Shown here: piece after piece, positions 31,273 through 41,955 of the stretch
Position numbering within the stretch: the first letter of the stretch is position 1
Layout of the letters: every line of letters starts with the position of its first letter
Assembly: GCA_035250975.1 (NCBI GenBank)
Contig: DATFEP010000043.1
Span: 1 to 64,000 of the forward strand
Source: Nitrososphaeraceae archaeon
GTDB taxonomy: Archaea > Thermoproteota > Nitrososphaeria > Nitrososphaerales > Nitrososphaeraceae
Reading direction: 5' to 3'
Length of the DNA: 64,000 bases
Notes under the pieces: model-generated
Database searches by the model: none
What the model was told of the DNA's origin: nothing
The model's input: only the letters and a program-made list of their open reading frames with translations
Program-made: the position numbers and the translations under genes

Positions 31273-32328
31273 TCAGCAAAAATGCATATAGCCTTGATTC
31301 TTTAATAAGTAATAATCCCTATCAAACATCGTTTTCTTTTTATTAGTTAAATCAATTGTCTTATCAAACTTTACAAATACCCTACCCTTCCCAGTTTTTA
31401 CTTTACCAATTACAATAACTTTCAAGTTGAATTTATTTGAAATGTTAATAATTTCCTTGAAATTTGACGGGTTTATGGTAGCCACTATTTCGTATTCCTC
31501 TCCCCCATTGAAAATCAAATCATGGGGATCGAGAGAGTTAGCCTTAGAAAATTCTATGAGTCCTTCTGGCAAAGGAAGAGAATTAATAAAAAAATCTGCT
31601 TGGCTCTGTGTAGCTAATTCATAAAGCGAAGTACTTAATCCATCACTAGAATCTATAGAAGATGAAAAATACTTTCCAAATACTTTACCAAACTTATGTC
31701 TTGGACATGGATTTAATACACTTTCTGTGGCTTTTTCTTTAAACTCACCTTTTGCCTTTGAATTTTTTAGTAATATATTCAAACCTGATGCGGAATAACC
31801 AAATTCTCCTGACACTACTACTAGATCGTCATTAATTGCACCATTCCGTTTTGGCATATAATTAATTTTTGGATTCAAGAAACCTATTAAAACGCAATCA
31901 ATTATTAGTTCCTTTGACTCATTTGTATCTCCTCCCAAAAAAGTAATATCAAATTCTTTTGATGCCCTCTGGAATCCCAAGATTAAATTATTAATCTTGT
32001 TTTTTGTCCAAACTCGAGGTATTCCTAAAGATAATATTGAATAAAAAGGTGAAGATATACCTTTTGCTGACATGTCACTTACAGAAGATACTACACTTTT
32101 TCGAGCCATCTGCCATGGTGCCATCTGTTTTACCACGTCAGTACTTTCTACCAGCATATCAGATTTAATGACTAGATTATTCGGAGTGAAATATTTACCG
32201 TCATTATCTTTTAGGTTTTGAAAATCGAGAATGGAAACATCATCTCTTAAATTAAGATTTGATTTATTTTTTTGAATTAGCTTAGAAAAAAATAAATCAA
32301 TAATTTGTTTTTCATTTAGTCTGATCAT
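31273..32328 (-). CDS. thiL: thiamine-monophosphate kinase
   Basis: SDMSAKG, GGDTN, DSSDGL, GGEEYE. Confidence 0.9.
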   Translation of the reverse strand: MIRLNEKQIIDLFFSKLIQKNKSNLNLRDDVSILDFQNLKDNDGKYFTPNNLVIKSDMLVESTDVVKQMAPWQMARKSVVSSVSDMSAKGISSPFYSILSLGIPRVWTKNKINNLILGFQRASKEFDITFLGGDTNESKELIIDCVLIGFLNPKINYMPKRNGAINDDLVVVSGEFGYSASGLNILLKNSKAKGEFKEKATESVLNPCPRHKFGKVFGKYFSSSIDSSDGLSTSLYELATQSQADFFINSLPLPEGLIEFSKANSLDPHDLIFNGGEEYEIVATINPSNFKEIINISNKFNLKVIVIGKVKTGKGRVFVKFDKTIDLTNKKKTMFDRDYYLLKNQGYMHFC

Positions 32329-33649
32329 ATATTTTCTTAACTCTGTTTATCGTAGTTCTGTAGATAGATTTTATTTTATATGGATTAGACTCTATTGAAA
32401 TTCTTAAAACATTTTCGGTATTTGAAGATCTAAATAATATCCAAGAAGCATCATCAAGAATTATTTTGATTCCATCGATGGTAATCATTTCTGTGGAATC
32501 AGATTTAAATTCTTCCTGTAATTTTTCCATTATCTTATCTTGTAAATCTATATTAATTGACATTTTATCTCTAATTTGAGAATAATTTGATGCCAAGTCC
32601 ATACATTCTTGAAATAAAGATTGATCTATAGTACTAATCAGTATACTTGCAAGAATGCCATCTCTACACCAGTTAAAGTTTGACATAATGAATCCTGCAC
32701 TACTGCCTTCACCCCCAGCATCAGCATTAGTTTCTAAGATTTTTTGAACGACGTTAGCTTCTCCGACTTTAGAGTAGATTAAGTTTCCATTATTATTTTT
32801 TATGAACTGATCTATAGCATTACTTGTATCTAAACTAGTAACAAACTTTTTTATCTTAAATTTATTCATAGTTTTTGCAACACATAATAAAAGTGTACTA
32901 TCAGAATTTAATTTCTGACCGTTATTAGATACAACTACTAGTCTATCTCCATCCAGATCAAATGAAAAACCATAATCCAGATTACATGATTTAACAATAG
33001 ATTTCAATTGAATTAGATTGTCTGTTGTTGGATCTGGTCCTCTGGAAATTATACTTGGATTTCCGTTTATAACATGAGTAGTATGTCCTATCTTTTTGAA
33101 AAGATCCTCCACATAACAGCAAGTAGCTCCACCACCTCCATCAATACCTATCTTTTTAGGATGCGGATAGTCATTTTTGGATTGTTGAAATAACTCCAAG
33201 AGTTCATTAGAATAAGTTGATGAAAAATTTTCTAAAGTACCGTAGGGAGGTAAAATATCATGATATGATTTTTTTGATAACAATTCTTTCAATTCATATT
33301 CAAATAAACCTCTTCCTTTTATGATAAATTTGATACCATTCCAATTAATTGGATTATGTGAAGCGGTAATGATAATAGCTCCTTCGAATTTTCTTGATTC
33401 TCTAAATATTACTGGAGTTGGAGAAATATTCATATCATAAACATCAATTCCATTTTCTAGAAGACTTGAAACTATTATTTTTTTTATTATTTCTCCCGAA
33501 TGTCTTGTATCTCTAGCAACTATACATTTTACACTTTCTTTTTTGGAATTTTTAAGAAACAATGAAAACATACTAGAAAATCTATAAATTTCATTAAGAG
33601 TAAGATCCTCGCCATAGATGCCCCTAATTCCAGATATAGAAACTTTCAT
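32312..33649 (-). CDS. phosphohexomutase (PMM/PGM/GlmM family)
   Basis: SGIRG, TASHNP, DLDGDR, RSSNTE. Confidence 0.92.
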   Translation of the reverse strand: MKVSISGIRGIYGEDLTLNEIYRFSSMFSLFLKNSKKESVKCIVARDTRHSGEIIKKIIVSSLLENGIDVYDMNISPTPVIFRESRKFEGAIIITASHNPINWNGIKFIIKGRGLFEYELKELLSKKSYHDILPPYGTLENFSSTYSNELLELFQQSKNDYPHPKKIGIDGGGGATCCYVEDLFKKIGHTTHVINGNPSIISRGPDPTTDNLIQLKSIVKSCNLDYGFSFDLDGDRLVVVSNNGQKLNSDSTLLLCVAKTMNKFKIKKFVTSLDTSNAIDQFIKNNNGNLIYSKVGEANVVQKILETNADAGGEGSSAGFIMSNFNWCRDGILASILISTIDQSLFQECMDLASNYSQIRDKMSINIDLQDKIMEKLQEEFKSDSTEMITIDGIKIILDDASWILFRSSNTENVLRISIESNPYKIKSIYRTTINRVKKIYDQTK

Positions 33650-33778
33650 TATACTACTTTTGAAAATTCAGAATTTAATTGTGTTGGTAGAATGTAAAAT
33701 ATATATCGGTTAATAGTAGATTCTTGTTACCAAAAAACAAGTGATGAAAATTAATTTTTATAATAAAGAATAATCGTT

Positions 33779-33852
33779 GCCTCTGTAGCTCAGCCTGGTT
33801 GAGCGAAGGTTTCGTAAACCTTAGGTCGTGGGTTCAAATCCCACCAGAGGCT
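33779..33852 (+). tRNA. tRNA-Thr(CGT)
   Basis: GCCTCTG/CAGAGGC acceptor, AAGGT-TT-CGT-AA-ACCTT anticodon arm, GGTTCAAATCC. Confidence 0.96.
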
Positions 33853-33967
33853 CAGAATTCTGACTTCTGGTCCGCTTGTTTGGTTTGAGTCATAAATTGT
33901 TATAGAGCAATAATGAAGAAATAAACTTTTTGATATATTTGATTGCAAAATTGATTTATTATTCTTG

Positions 33968-34396
33968 TCTTCAATCCTATAATAGTTCGATTAAAACTGA
34001 GGTGGGTGTACCTACAAAAATTATTTCATCACAATTTCAATCCTATAATAGTTCGATTAAAACTATTACTGACGTAGATGGAACAATTGCCAACATAGAA
34101 ATTTCAATCCTATAATAGTTCGATTAAAACAAACAACTGGCAGGAAGGCTTATACGCAATAGAGAAATTTCAATCCTATAATAGTTCGATTAAAACTGAG
34201 GTGGGTGTACCTACAAAAATTATTTCATCACAATTTCAATCCTATAATAGTTCGATTAAAACAAGTTTGTGCCCGGAATGTAGTAAATGTTTCGATATTA
34301 TTTCAATCCTATAATAGTTCGATTAAAACTTAAATCCTGACATCTATTGTATGTATGTTCTACAGTATTTCAATCCTATAATAGTTCGATTAAAAC
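33968..34396 (-). CRISPR. orphan CRISPR array: 7 x 30-bp repeats, 6 spacers of 36-37 bp
   Basis: repeat ATTTCAATCCTATAATAGTTCGATTAAAAC at 33968 (degenerate), 34034, 34101, 34167, 34233, 34300, 34367; minus strand ends in ATTGAAAT (I-B-like 3' handle); degenerate copy is then the trailer. Confidence 0.97.
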
Positions 34397-34458
34397 TTGG
34401 TCGTTATGTTGATGATCTTCTTTATAGCGTCTATTTTAGGTATCTTTTAATGCTAAAA

Positions 34459-34785
34459 TTAAGCTCCCGTTACCTTTATTTTTCCATGAACCCAAGCATG
34501 CTTTATTTCATCCAACTCATAGGATTTGTGTCTTCTTCTCTCAACCACGTAACCAGTTTTCGAATGATAAAAAATAATCATATCATCTGGATAGAAAGAA
34601 ATCATCGAGTGATTACCATAATCTGATGCCATATGTCTTATGTGAATTTTTTCCCAGTCAAATAATTTTTCAACATGACCGTCAAAATGAAAAGAATTAC
34701 CACAGGGACATTCTATATCTCTCCAATTTCCCGAAATATTTTGTAACCAAATATTATTAAAACGTATGTTTTGGCTATTTTTCAT
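34459..34785 (-). CDS. hypothetical protein with CPC...H...H putative Zn site, immediately upstream of the array
   Basis: 108-aa ORF, TATA-like element upstream, stop 62 nt before the leader-side repeat. Confidence 0.6.
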   Translation of the reverse strand: MKNSQNIRFNNIWLQNISGNWRDIECPCGNSFHFDGHVEKLFDWEKIHIRHMASDYGNHSMISFYPDDMIIFYHSKTGYVVERRRHKSYELDEIKHAWVHGKIKVTGA

Positions 34786-35160
34786 AGTATCTGATCTATT
34801 TTATTATGCAGAACATTAATTTAAATATTTCAGTCAGCTCACATTTTGTCAATTAATTTAAAGGAGGAGCTATAATGACAATATTCGAATAAATGAAGAA
34901 ATTTGTCAGAAATAGGACAATTATGAGCTTAAGTTAAGCAGTAATAACTATAGATATGATGCTTTATTTTAAATCTATGATGATAATTAGATTATTTGAA
35001 AGAAATAGAGCATCCACTTTTATTGTAATGTACTCTCTTTATCTATATTTTTTTGTTTCAGTTTATGTAATACATCTAAAACATTAATATTCTTTAAAGA
35101 TAAACGAATGGGTTGACTCCTTTTAAATATATAAAAGAGTAATTTATTAAAGAATATATA

Positions 35161-36990
35161 CTATTTTTTTTCCAACAAAATATCAGATAGATTAAAACCT
35201 GTCCAAAGAATTTCGAATCCAAAATATTGGATCAGATCAATATGATAGGAATCAGGAATTTTATTCATTTGAAATATCTTTTGTGCTTCGACAAATTTCT
35301 TAATATCAGCGATCTGTTTTTTTATTTCGTCTAATTTAATATTTAATATAAAAAAAGTATTTATCAATGAATATTTTTCTTTTAGTAAACAAGCTGATGG
35401 ATTTGAAACAATATCGATTATTGATTCAAGTGACATACAGAATTTTTTAGATATTTCTTCAAGATTTATTATCTCAATGTTTTGTTTCATTAAATTATTT
35501 ATAAAATCACTGATTTCAGATTGGTATATAACTGTATTTTGTTTCTTTATTATCTTATCCATTAATTTTAGATAATTAATAATTGGTTTAATCGGTATAG
35601 AATTTCTTTTATAAATAATAAGCTTCTCTTTATCTATTACTCGGATAAAGGAATTTGAATAAATTTTTCTAGAGTCTTCATCATTTGAAACCAAATTATT
35701 TTCATTTATCGCAATTAAGAAATCATATTTTCCTTCTGACGATGACAGCAATTCATTAATCTTATTAAATTTTCGTTCTAGATAATTTGGAGTCCAATAA
35801 CCAACGATTTCAAAATATATTTTTTTGTCGTATTTCTCAAACATGAAATCCGCTATAAATGCTCTGCCTTTTGGTAAAACTAAGGGGTCCGGTTCTCTTA
35901 TTAGCTCCCAGCCTGTTCGCAATTGCTTAAAGTTTAGAGCAAATTTCTCTTCAACTTTACTATCAAAATCAGAAAATATATTAGAGAATTCAAAAGGAAA
36001 AGCAATATCCTTCTCTCTCAAATCCTGATGAAAATATTTTTTATCGGAAGAAAGTTCAAATTCATACATTTTTCGGTTTGATTGATTATTTTTTAGGATC
36101 CAAGCTTTAATGTTCCATTTAGAGGAATAAATTATTTCAGGAATTATTTTTGCGATTAATACTCCATATTTATTAGTCAACCTAAAAATGCTTAACGGAC
36201 CATCTATAGAACACAATATGTAATTATCTGCTTTATTTTGTACTATTTTATTACTATCTATAAAATCATTGTTAGAACTAGAGTCTAATATATCCGTAAA
36301 ATTATGTTTTTCTTTTTCTAAAGCTTGCTCAACAAGTTTTAAATTATACATTAATCCAAACCTTTTGATTTTTCTCAATACATACTTCCATTCTTTTCCT
36401 CCATGAATACTGAATTCAAAATTTACACAATTAAAAAATAATGTTTGTAAAAGAGAAAGATTATACAATTCTAATAATTTATCTGGAGATATTTTTTTAA
36501 AAGATTCCACAATAAGGTTATCTTCTCGATCAATCCATATGGCTTTTTCAAGATATTTATGTGAAATACCTAATCTGGATGCTGCTCTCTCCAATATTTT
36601 GCATCTTCGATCATAATCTAAAGCTAAGCCTTCTTTTGCGGATTCTTCAAATAATACTTTTCTCAACTTAAAAGAACTTTTTTGCGGTTGAGATAGAAGT
36701 CCTTGTCGGTTAATTGAATCCGGATTTTGAAAATTTTTATTTAAAGAAAAGATGGTTCTTCTCTCCAAAAGAACAATTAATCCTCGGATTAATTTGAAAT
36801 CTCGATATTCTGATTCAATTGATGATAAGTTTTTTTCTAGAATTGCTTTAGTATCTTTGTTATCATAGGATGTTTGAAATTCATTTATTAATTTTTGAGC
36901 GATAGCGATATCTTCAATCGAACAAAAAAGAGGCGTGATCTTCTTACCTTTATCGGTAATTTTTATTCTTAGTAATTCGGAAGGGAGCAT
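35161..36990 (-). CDS. DUF790 / Bax1-family endonuclease
   Basis: MLPSELLR, YNLSLLQTL, DGPLS, FDSKVEEKF, REP, DF..EIVGYWTPNYL. Confidence 0.88.
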   Translation of the reverse strand: MLPSELLRIKITDKGKKITPLFCSIEDIAIAQKLINEFQTSYDNKDTKAILEKNLSSIESEYRDFKLIRGLIVLLERRTIFSLNKNFQNPDSINRQGLLSQPQKSSFKLRKVLFEESAKEGLALDYDRRCKILERAASRLGISHKYLEKAIWIDREDNLIVESFKKISPDKLLELYNLSLLQTLFFNCVNFEFSIHGGKEWKYVLRKIKRFGLMYNLKLVEQALEKEKHNFTDILDSSSNNDFIDSNKIVQNKADNYILCSIDGPLSIFRLTNKYGVLIAKIIPEIIYSSKWNIKAWILKNNQSNRKMYEFELSSDKKYFHQDLREKDIAFPFEFSNIFSDFDSKVEEKFALNFKQLRTGWELIREPDPLVLPKGRAFIADFMFEKYDKKIYFEIVGYWTPNYLERKFNKINELLSSSEGKYDFLIAINENNLVSNDEDSRKIYSNSFIRVIDKEKLIIYKRNSIPIKPIINYLKLMDKIIKKQNTVIYQSEISDFINNLMKQNIEIINLEEISKKFCMSLESIIDIVSNPSACLLKEKYSLINTFFILNIKLDEIKKQIADIKKFVEAQKIFQMNKIPDSYHIDLIQYFGFEILWTGFNLSDILLEKK

Positions 36991-37014
36991 ATAAAAACAA
37001 ACAATTGATAAAAA

Positions 37015-37992
37015 TCAGAGACGACTAAATCCGCCGATCCAACCCAATGTTCTGAAATACAGAAACATTGTTATAGTTAGAGCTACCGAAATTATCAGCA
37101 AAATAATTAGCGTAGTGTAAGATCCTAGAAATTTCAAGTCTGAACCTGGAAGAGAAATATTCATTCCATATATTGTACTTATTATGGTAATTGGAATAGA
37201 GAGTGTAAACATGACAGTGAGAATTGCAATTATCTTGTTAGTTTTTTCTGTACTCAACATGAAATCCGTATCTTTGTAAATTTCTATGGTTTCCTTCGAT
37301 TCTTCTAAGGAATCAAGAACTTTATCGATATGATCTTTTATATCATCAAAATATGGAGTTAAATCTTCTTCAGAAAACTTTTGAATGTCTCGTGTCAAGC
37401 TTACAATAATTCTCTTTAATGGTATCAGAACTCTTCGCATGGTTGTAATTTCTCTTCTTAATAGGGAAATTTCTCTCGCAATTGCAGCCTTTTCGTCATA
37501 TACTGCATCTTCAATGTCATCAAGATTTCCTATTACTTTCATCAGAATATGGAACAGGTCATCTACCAAGGCATCGATTATTGTATGTAACAAATAACCA
37601 GATGATCTTCCCATCATTATCTGTCGATATTCTTTATTTTGTTCTTTTTTACATAAATCAAACATTTCAGCCAATGGTTTAAGATCCCCTTGATGTACAG
37701 TTATAAGATAATTTGAACCAATGAAAATGGATAATTGACTTATTCGAGGAATTTTACTACCATTACTACTTCCAGCAGGAAAATGCAAAGTTACAAAAAC
37801 ATGATCCTCATATTTATCAATTTTTGGTATCTGAATTTTTGAAAGACAGTCTTCTATATTCAATTCATGAAAAGAGTACTTTCTACCAAGATTAAACATC
37901 TTTTCCCTTGTTGGATTTCTAACATCTATCCATAATAAACCATCGTTCAGGATAGATGTAAATTTATCATCGTAGGATTCATGTGATTTCAT
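37015..37992 (-). CDS. corA: CorA Mg2+/Co2+ transporter
   Basis: YGMN signature between two C-terminal TM helices. Confidence 0.93.
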   Translation of the reverse strand: MKSHESYDDKFTSILNDGLLWIDVRNPTREKMFNLGRKYSFHELNIEDCLSKIQIPKIDKYEDHVFVTLHFPAGSSNGSKIPRISQLSIFIGSNYLITVHQGDLKPLAEMFDLCKKEQNKEYRQIMMGRSSGYLLHTIIDALVDDLFHILMKVIGNLDDIEDAVYDEKAAIAREISLLRREITTMRRVLIPLKRIIVSLTRDIQKFSEEDLTPYFDDIKDHIDKVLDSLEESKETIEIYKDTDFMLSTEKTNKIIAILTVMFTLSIPITIISTIYGMNISLPGSDLKFLGSYTTLIILLIISVALTITMFLYFRTLGWIGGFSRL

Positions 37993-38504
37993 ACATCAAG
38001 ATTACCTTATTACCATTTAATCATACAAAAATATAAGTTGTTTCAAAGTATATTATCAAAAAAGATTTTATATTTAGATTAATGAAATTTTTCATGATTT
38101 CATGGCTAAAATTAGAAATGAAAGAAAATTATATAATAAATATGTAAATAATATCAAAACAAAGAAGCATTCTTGATAATCAATATATCAATTGAATGAT
38201 TTTAACAAATATTATTTCAGAAGGAGGATGGTTGATTTTATTTTGTAATTGTGTTTGTATATGTCTTTGAAAGTCGTCTCAAAGAATAACAATATATCTT
38301 TTATTAGTTATCATATCTATATCTGTGTAAAACAGCATTTTATTCAAGGAAGACCAGTGCTATTAAATTTCCATCTTTAGTCAGTCGCCAGAATCTTATA
38401 ATACTATTAATGTACATTTCTATTTATGATCATTTTATCTATATTCATAGAACGTAAGTGAATTATTATAAACATATCTAGATATAAAACAATTTTATCT
38501 ACTT

Positions 38505-40859
38505 TCATCTACTATGAAAAATTTTTTCCAACCAGAATTTTGCACTATGAACTACAGGAATTGTAAAATCTCTAGTAACGATCACGGGACAATTTAATTG
38601 ATCAAGTAAAACCAAGAGATGAGAATTATTAAAGAAATTAAATTTTCCGATTACAGAACTGGTAATAATAAGATCTGGTTGAGAGGCATTTATTGCTGAT
38701 AAAATTAGATCAGATAATTTTTCTGCATTACTTTCGACTTCTTCGGATAAATAGATCTCGTTTGATTCAAATTTAACATCGTTTAGATACTCCAATTTTT
38801 TGGGCTTTATAAAATGATGATCTTCTTCAATATCTGAGTTGATTTTTTTATTTCGTAATGATAAAATATTAATATTAAAAGATTTAGATATTTCTAACCA
38901 TCTGATTGTTTTGAAAATAACATCTGAATCGTGTCTATGATCATCTATTACTACTAGATTATATTTTTTTTGGATTTTTGAATCTCTGTCAATATTCTGA
39001 GTGTCTAATAGAAAATAATCATTACCAGTAGTTTGAATAGCCAATACATCACATGTCACCAGAGCTTGAAGTTTTTTACTACTTCGTAGAGTTTCATAAT
39101 CAATTATCATAAGATCAATTTTTTGTTCTTGTATTGTAGCTAATATTGATTCATTTGTATCATGTGAAATTCGTACTAAATAATGATTCATTATATTTTC
39201 TTCTTCAATTATTTTTTCTAGTGGTTCAAAAGATTTTTTTGCTCTTTCAGAGAAGGCTACACCTGCAGAAAGAGGTGTCTGGTGTGGAACAGTTATGGTC
39301 CTTAATACATTTATTTCTCCATTATTGGCTTTGGCTATATTGATAGCATAACGTATTAATCGATCTGGGTTTTCTGGTGTATATGGAATTAGAATTCTAA
39401 AATCAGTTCTAGTTAGATCTCCTTCACTAGTAATTATGGGTGCATAATGATCTATTTCTTTTCTAAAAGTATATAAACGATAGACACCAAATCCTATCGC
39501 CACCCAAATTAATGTTATTATCCAGCTCATAGGAGCAGTAATTAATAAATAAATTGCTAAACCAATGTCAAGACTTATTCCAATTATAGATAAAAATGGA
39601 AAAAAAGGCATCTTAAAGCCATAATTTAATTTTTCTCCATAAATTCTACGTATATTGATTACGGCCATATTAACCTGTACAAATAATAGGAGAAAAATTA
39701 CACCAGCAGCAATTGCAATTTGATCCAAAGGAAAAGCATATGCCATAATGGCCATAATTATACCTGAAAGTAAAATTGCTATGAAGGGTGTTTTATTTTT
39801 TTTATGTATAGAACTAAATTTATGTGGTAAATTATAATGACGTCCCATTGCAAAGGCTACCCTAGCAGAGGAAAAAGTTGTCGCATTTAAAGCTGCTAAT
39901 GTAGATATCATTCCACCTGCCAGAATAATAAATGCTCCGTATGGTATTATAAGTTCGGCAGCTTTCATTATACCTAGTTCTCCGTAATCACCTATGAATT
40001 TCCATGATGATATCTCTTCTGGAAATATAGATCCTATTGATACAAAAGCAATAAGACAGTATAGGACTACTACAGCGGTTAATGAGATAAATATTGCCCT
40101 TGGAATATTTTTCTTTGGATTTTTTACTTCTTCTCCAGTTTGAACTATGACTTCATACCCCTCAAATGCAATAAATGTCAATCCCATAGCGGCAATGATA
40201 CCAGTAATCCCTAGTGGCACAAAGTCAACGAAATTAATTGTCCAATCAGGATTGTTAAACATAATCCAGATACCCAATCCTATAAATACAAATATTAAAC
40301 AAAGTTGAATTATTGTGACTATAACACCGACTTTGCCGGTTTCAGACGTTCCCTTAATATTAAGATATGTAAAAGCTACAATAGATAATACTGCTATTAA
40401 TTTATCTACTGGAAGAAATCCAAATAAAGAATAAATCTCGTAATTAGACGATTTTAATAAACCTGTAACAAATGAAGCAAAGCTTACAGCATATAGGCTT
40501 CCTGCAACTATATGCGCAAACCAAGCCATCCATCCACTTATAAAGGCATTGGGTCTAGGAAGTCCTTCTCTAACCCAGAGATATCCTCCTCCAGCTTCTG
40601 GCATAGCTGAACCCAATTCTGCATAAGCCATAGCCGTGAATAATGTTATTATCGCATTAGCAATGAAAGCAATTATCACTGCACTACCTGCTAATCCAAT
40701 AGCAGGTCCTGTTAGAACGAAAATAGATCCGCCTATCATTGCAGCTATTCCAACCATTATAACATCAAGAAGACTCAAAGAACGGATTAGATGGGGTTCT
40801 GATGGGAACTGTTCCGATCGTGATTCACGATCACGAGAATCTGACAATGTAAGTAACAA
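38505..40859 (-). CDS. APC-family amino acid permease with C-terminal USP-like domains
   Basis: AMIGGSIF, YAELGSAMPEAGGGY, AFEGYE..GEEVKNP. Confidence 0.92.
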   Translation of the reverse strand: MLLTLSDSRDRESRSEQFPSEPHLIRSLSLLDVIMVGIAAMIGGSIFVLTGPAIGLAGSAVIIAFIANAIITLFTAMAYAELGSAMPEAGGGYLWVREGLPRPNAFISGWMAWFAHIVAGSLYAVSFASFVTGLLKSSNYEIYSLFGFLPVDKLIAVLSIVAFTYLNIKGTSETGKVGVIVTIIQLCLIFVFIGLGIWIMFNNPDWTINFVDFVPLGITGIIAAMGLTFIAFEGYEVIVQTGEEVKNPKKNIPRAIFISLTAVVVLYCLIAFVSIGSIFPEEISSWKFIGDYGELGIMKAAELIIPYGAFIILAGGMISTLAALNATTFSSARVAFAMGRHYNLPHKFSSIHKKNKTPFIAILLSGIIMAIMAYAFPLDQIAIAAGVIFLLLFVQVNMAVINIRRIYGEKLNYGFKMPFFPFLSIIGISLDIGLAIYLLITAPMSWIITLIWVAIGFGVYRLYTFRKEIDHYAPIITSEGDLTRTDFRILIPYTPENPDRLIRYAINIAKANNGEINVLRTITVPHQTPLSAGVAFSERAKKSFEPLEKIIEEENIMNHYLVRISHDTNESILATIQEQKIDLMIIDYETLRSSKKLQALVTCDVLAIQTTGNDYFLLDTQNIDRDSKIQKKYNLVVIDDHRHDSDVIFKTIRWLEISKSFNINILSLRNKKINSDIEEDHHFIKPKKLEYLNDVKFESNEIYLSEEVESNAEKLSDLILSAINASQPDLIITSSVIGKFNFFNNSHLLVLLDQLNCPVIVTRDFTIPVVHSAKFWLEKIFHSR

Positions 40860-40982
40860 CGCTATAAAAAAATGAATTAATTAAATGTTTACATATATTA
40901 GAGTTATAGGAAAAATACTATCATAAATTAAATAACTTTTATTAAGTATTTGATACAATTAAAGTATGATGAATAACCCTTT

Positions 40983-41657
40983 ATGAGGGAAATGAATAAT
41001 CAGATTGTTGTTGCAACTCTTGACGGAAGATCATATTATAAAATAATTAAGTTTTTAAAATCATTTCGATTAAGTTATAAAGAGTTATCACCACTTGAAG
41101 CCATTAATTCCAATACAAAAATAATAATTACTTCACAAAAAGAATCAACCATATTTAAAAAAAAGAACATAATTATAGATTCAGAATTAAGTGAAAATCC
41201 CCTCATTATAAAAGCCAAAATTTTAAGAGATCTAATGAAACCTTATATGTACGACCAGTTGATTATAGGGATAGATCCTGGTAAGAGAATAGGTATTTCA
41301 ATTTTCTATTTATATGACGAAATTGAAAGTATTGTATTAACTTGTATTGAATGTGTATTGGATTTAATCTCCAAAATTTTGGCAGGTATTACTGCAAGGA
41401 GAAAAATTGTAAGAATAGGAGATGGTAACATATCAATGGCAAATAACATTGCCATTCATATAAAAACCAAATTTAATTTCGTTGATGTGGAAATAGTTGA
41501 CGAACATGGAACATCGTCTCACATGAATGCTGAGAGAAATAGAAGAATAATCAAAGATAAATCATCAGCAAGATTAATAGCGTTCCGTAATGGTAAAATT
41601 TTTGATCCTAAATTAAAAAGTTTAAAAAAAGAACATAATAAGCTAGTTAAAGACTAA
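40983..41657 (+). CDS. RNase H-fold (YqgF-like) domain protein
   Basis: IGIDPG, IGDG, VDEHGTS, D..SA..IA. Confidence 0.75.
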   Translation: MREMNNQIVVATLDGRSYYKIIKFLKSFRLSYKELSPLEAINSNTKIIITSQKESTIFKKKNIIIDSELSENPLIIKAKILRDLMKPYMYDQLIIGIDPGKRIGISIFYLYDEIESIVLTCIECVLDLISKILAGITARRKIVRIGDGNISMANNIAIHIKTKFNFVDVEIVDEHGTSSHMNAERNRRIIKDKSSARLIAFRNGKIFDPKLKSLKKEHNKLVKD

Positions 41658-41955
41658 AAAGTAAAACAAAATTTAATATCGAAAATTCAAAAATCATATA
41701 CTTAAAAATGGTTGTAGCTTTAGAAATCAATAAAAGTTAGTAAAAAGAAACTTATTTAGATGTGTTAAAAATTAAATAACATTTAAAAAGTGGTTATCGA
41801 TAAGAAAAAGATTAATGATAAAACAGATGTTTTATGATTATCGTATCTGCAAAAAGTTTATTATGTTTACATATATCAAATACTCTGAAAATCAAATTAA
41901 TTATTTTTTGAAGTAAAATTTCATTACCACAAGGAGATAATAAGGGCAGATCTAA

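Noticed and set aside
34433-34462. Possible eighth repeat 36 bp after the last one (ATTTTAGG...)
   Set aside because: Only the first few bases match; better read as leader/promoter, though a truncated spacer cannot be excluded
33930-34626. ORFs 33930-34115 and 34351-34626
   Set aside because: Read through CRISPR repeats or lie antisense to a better ORF
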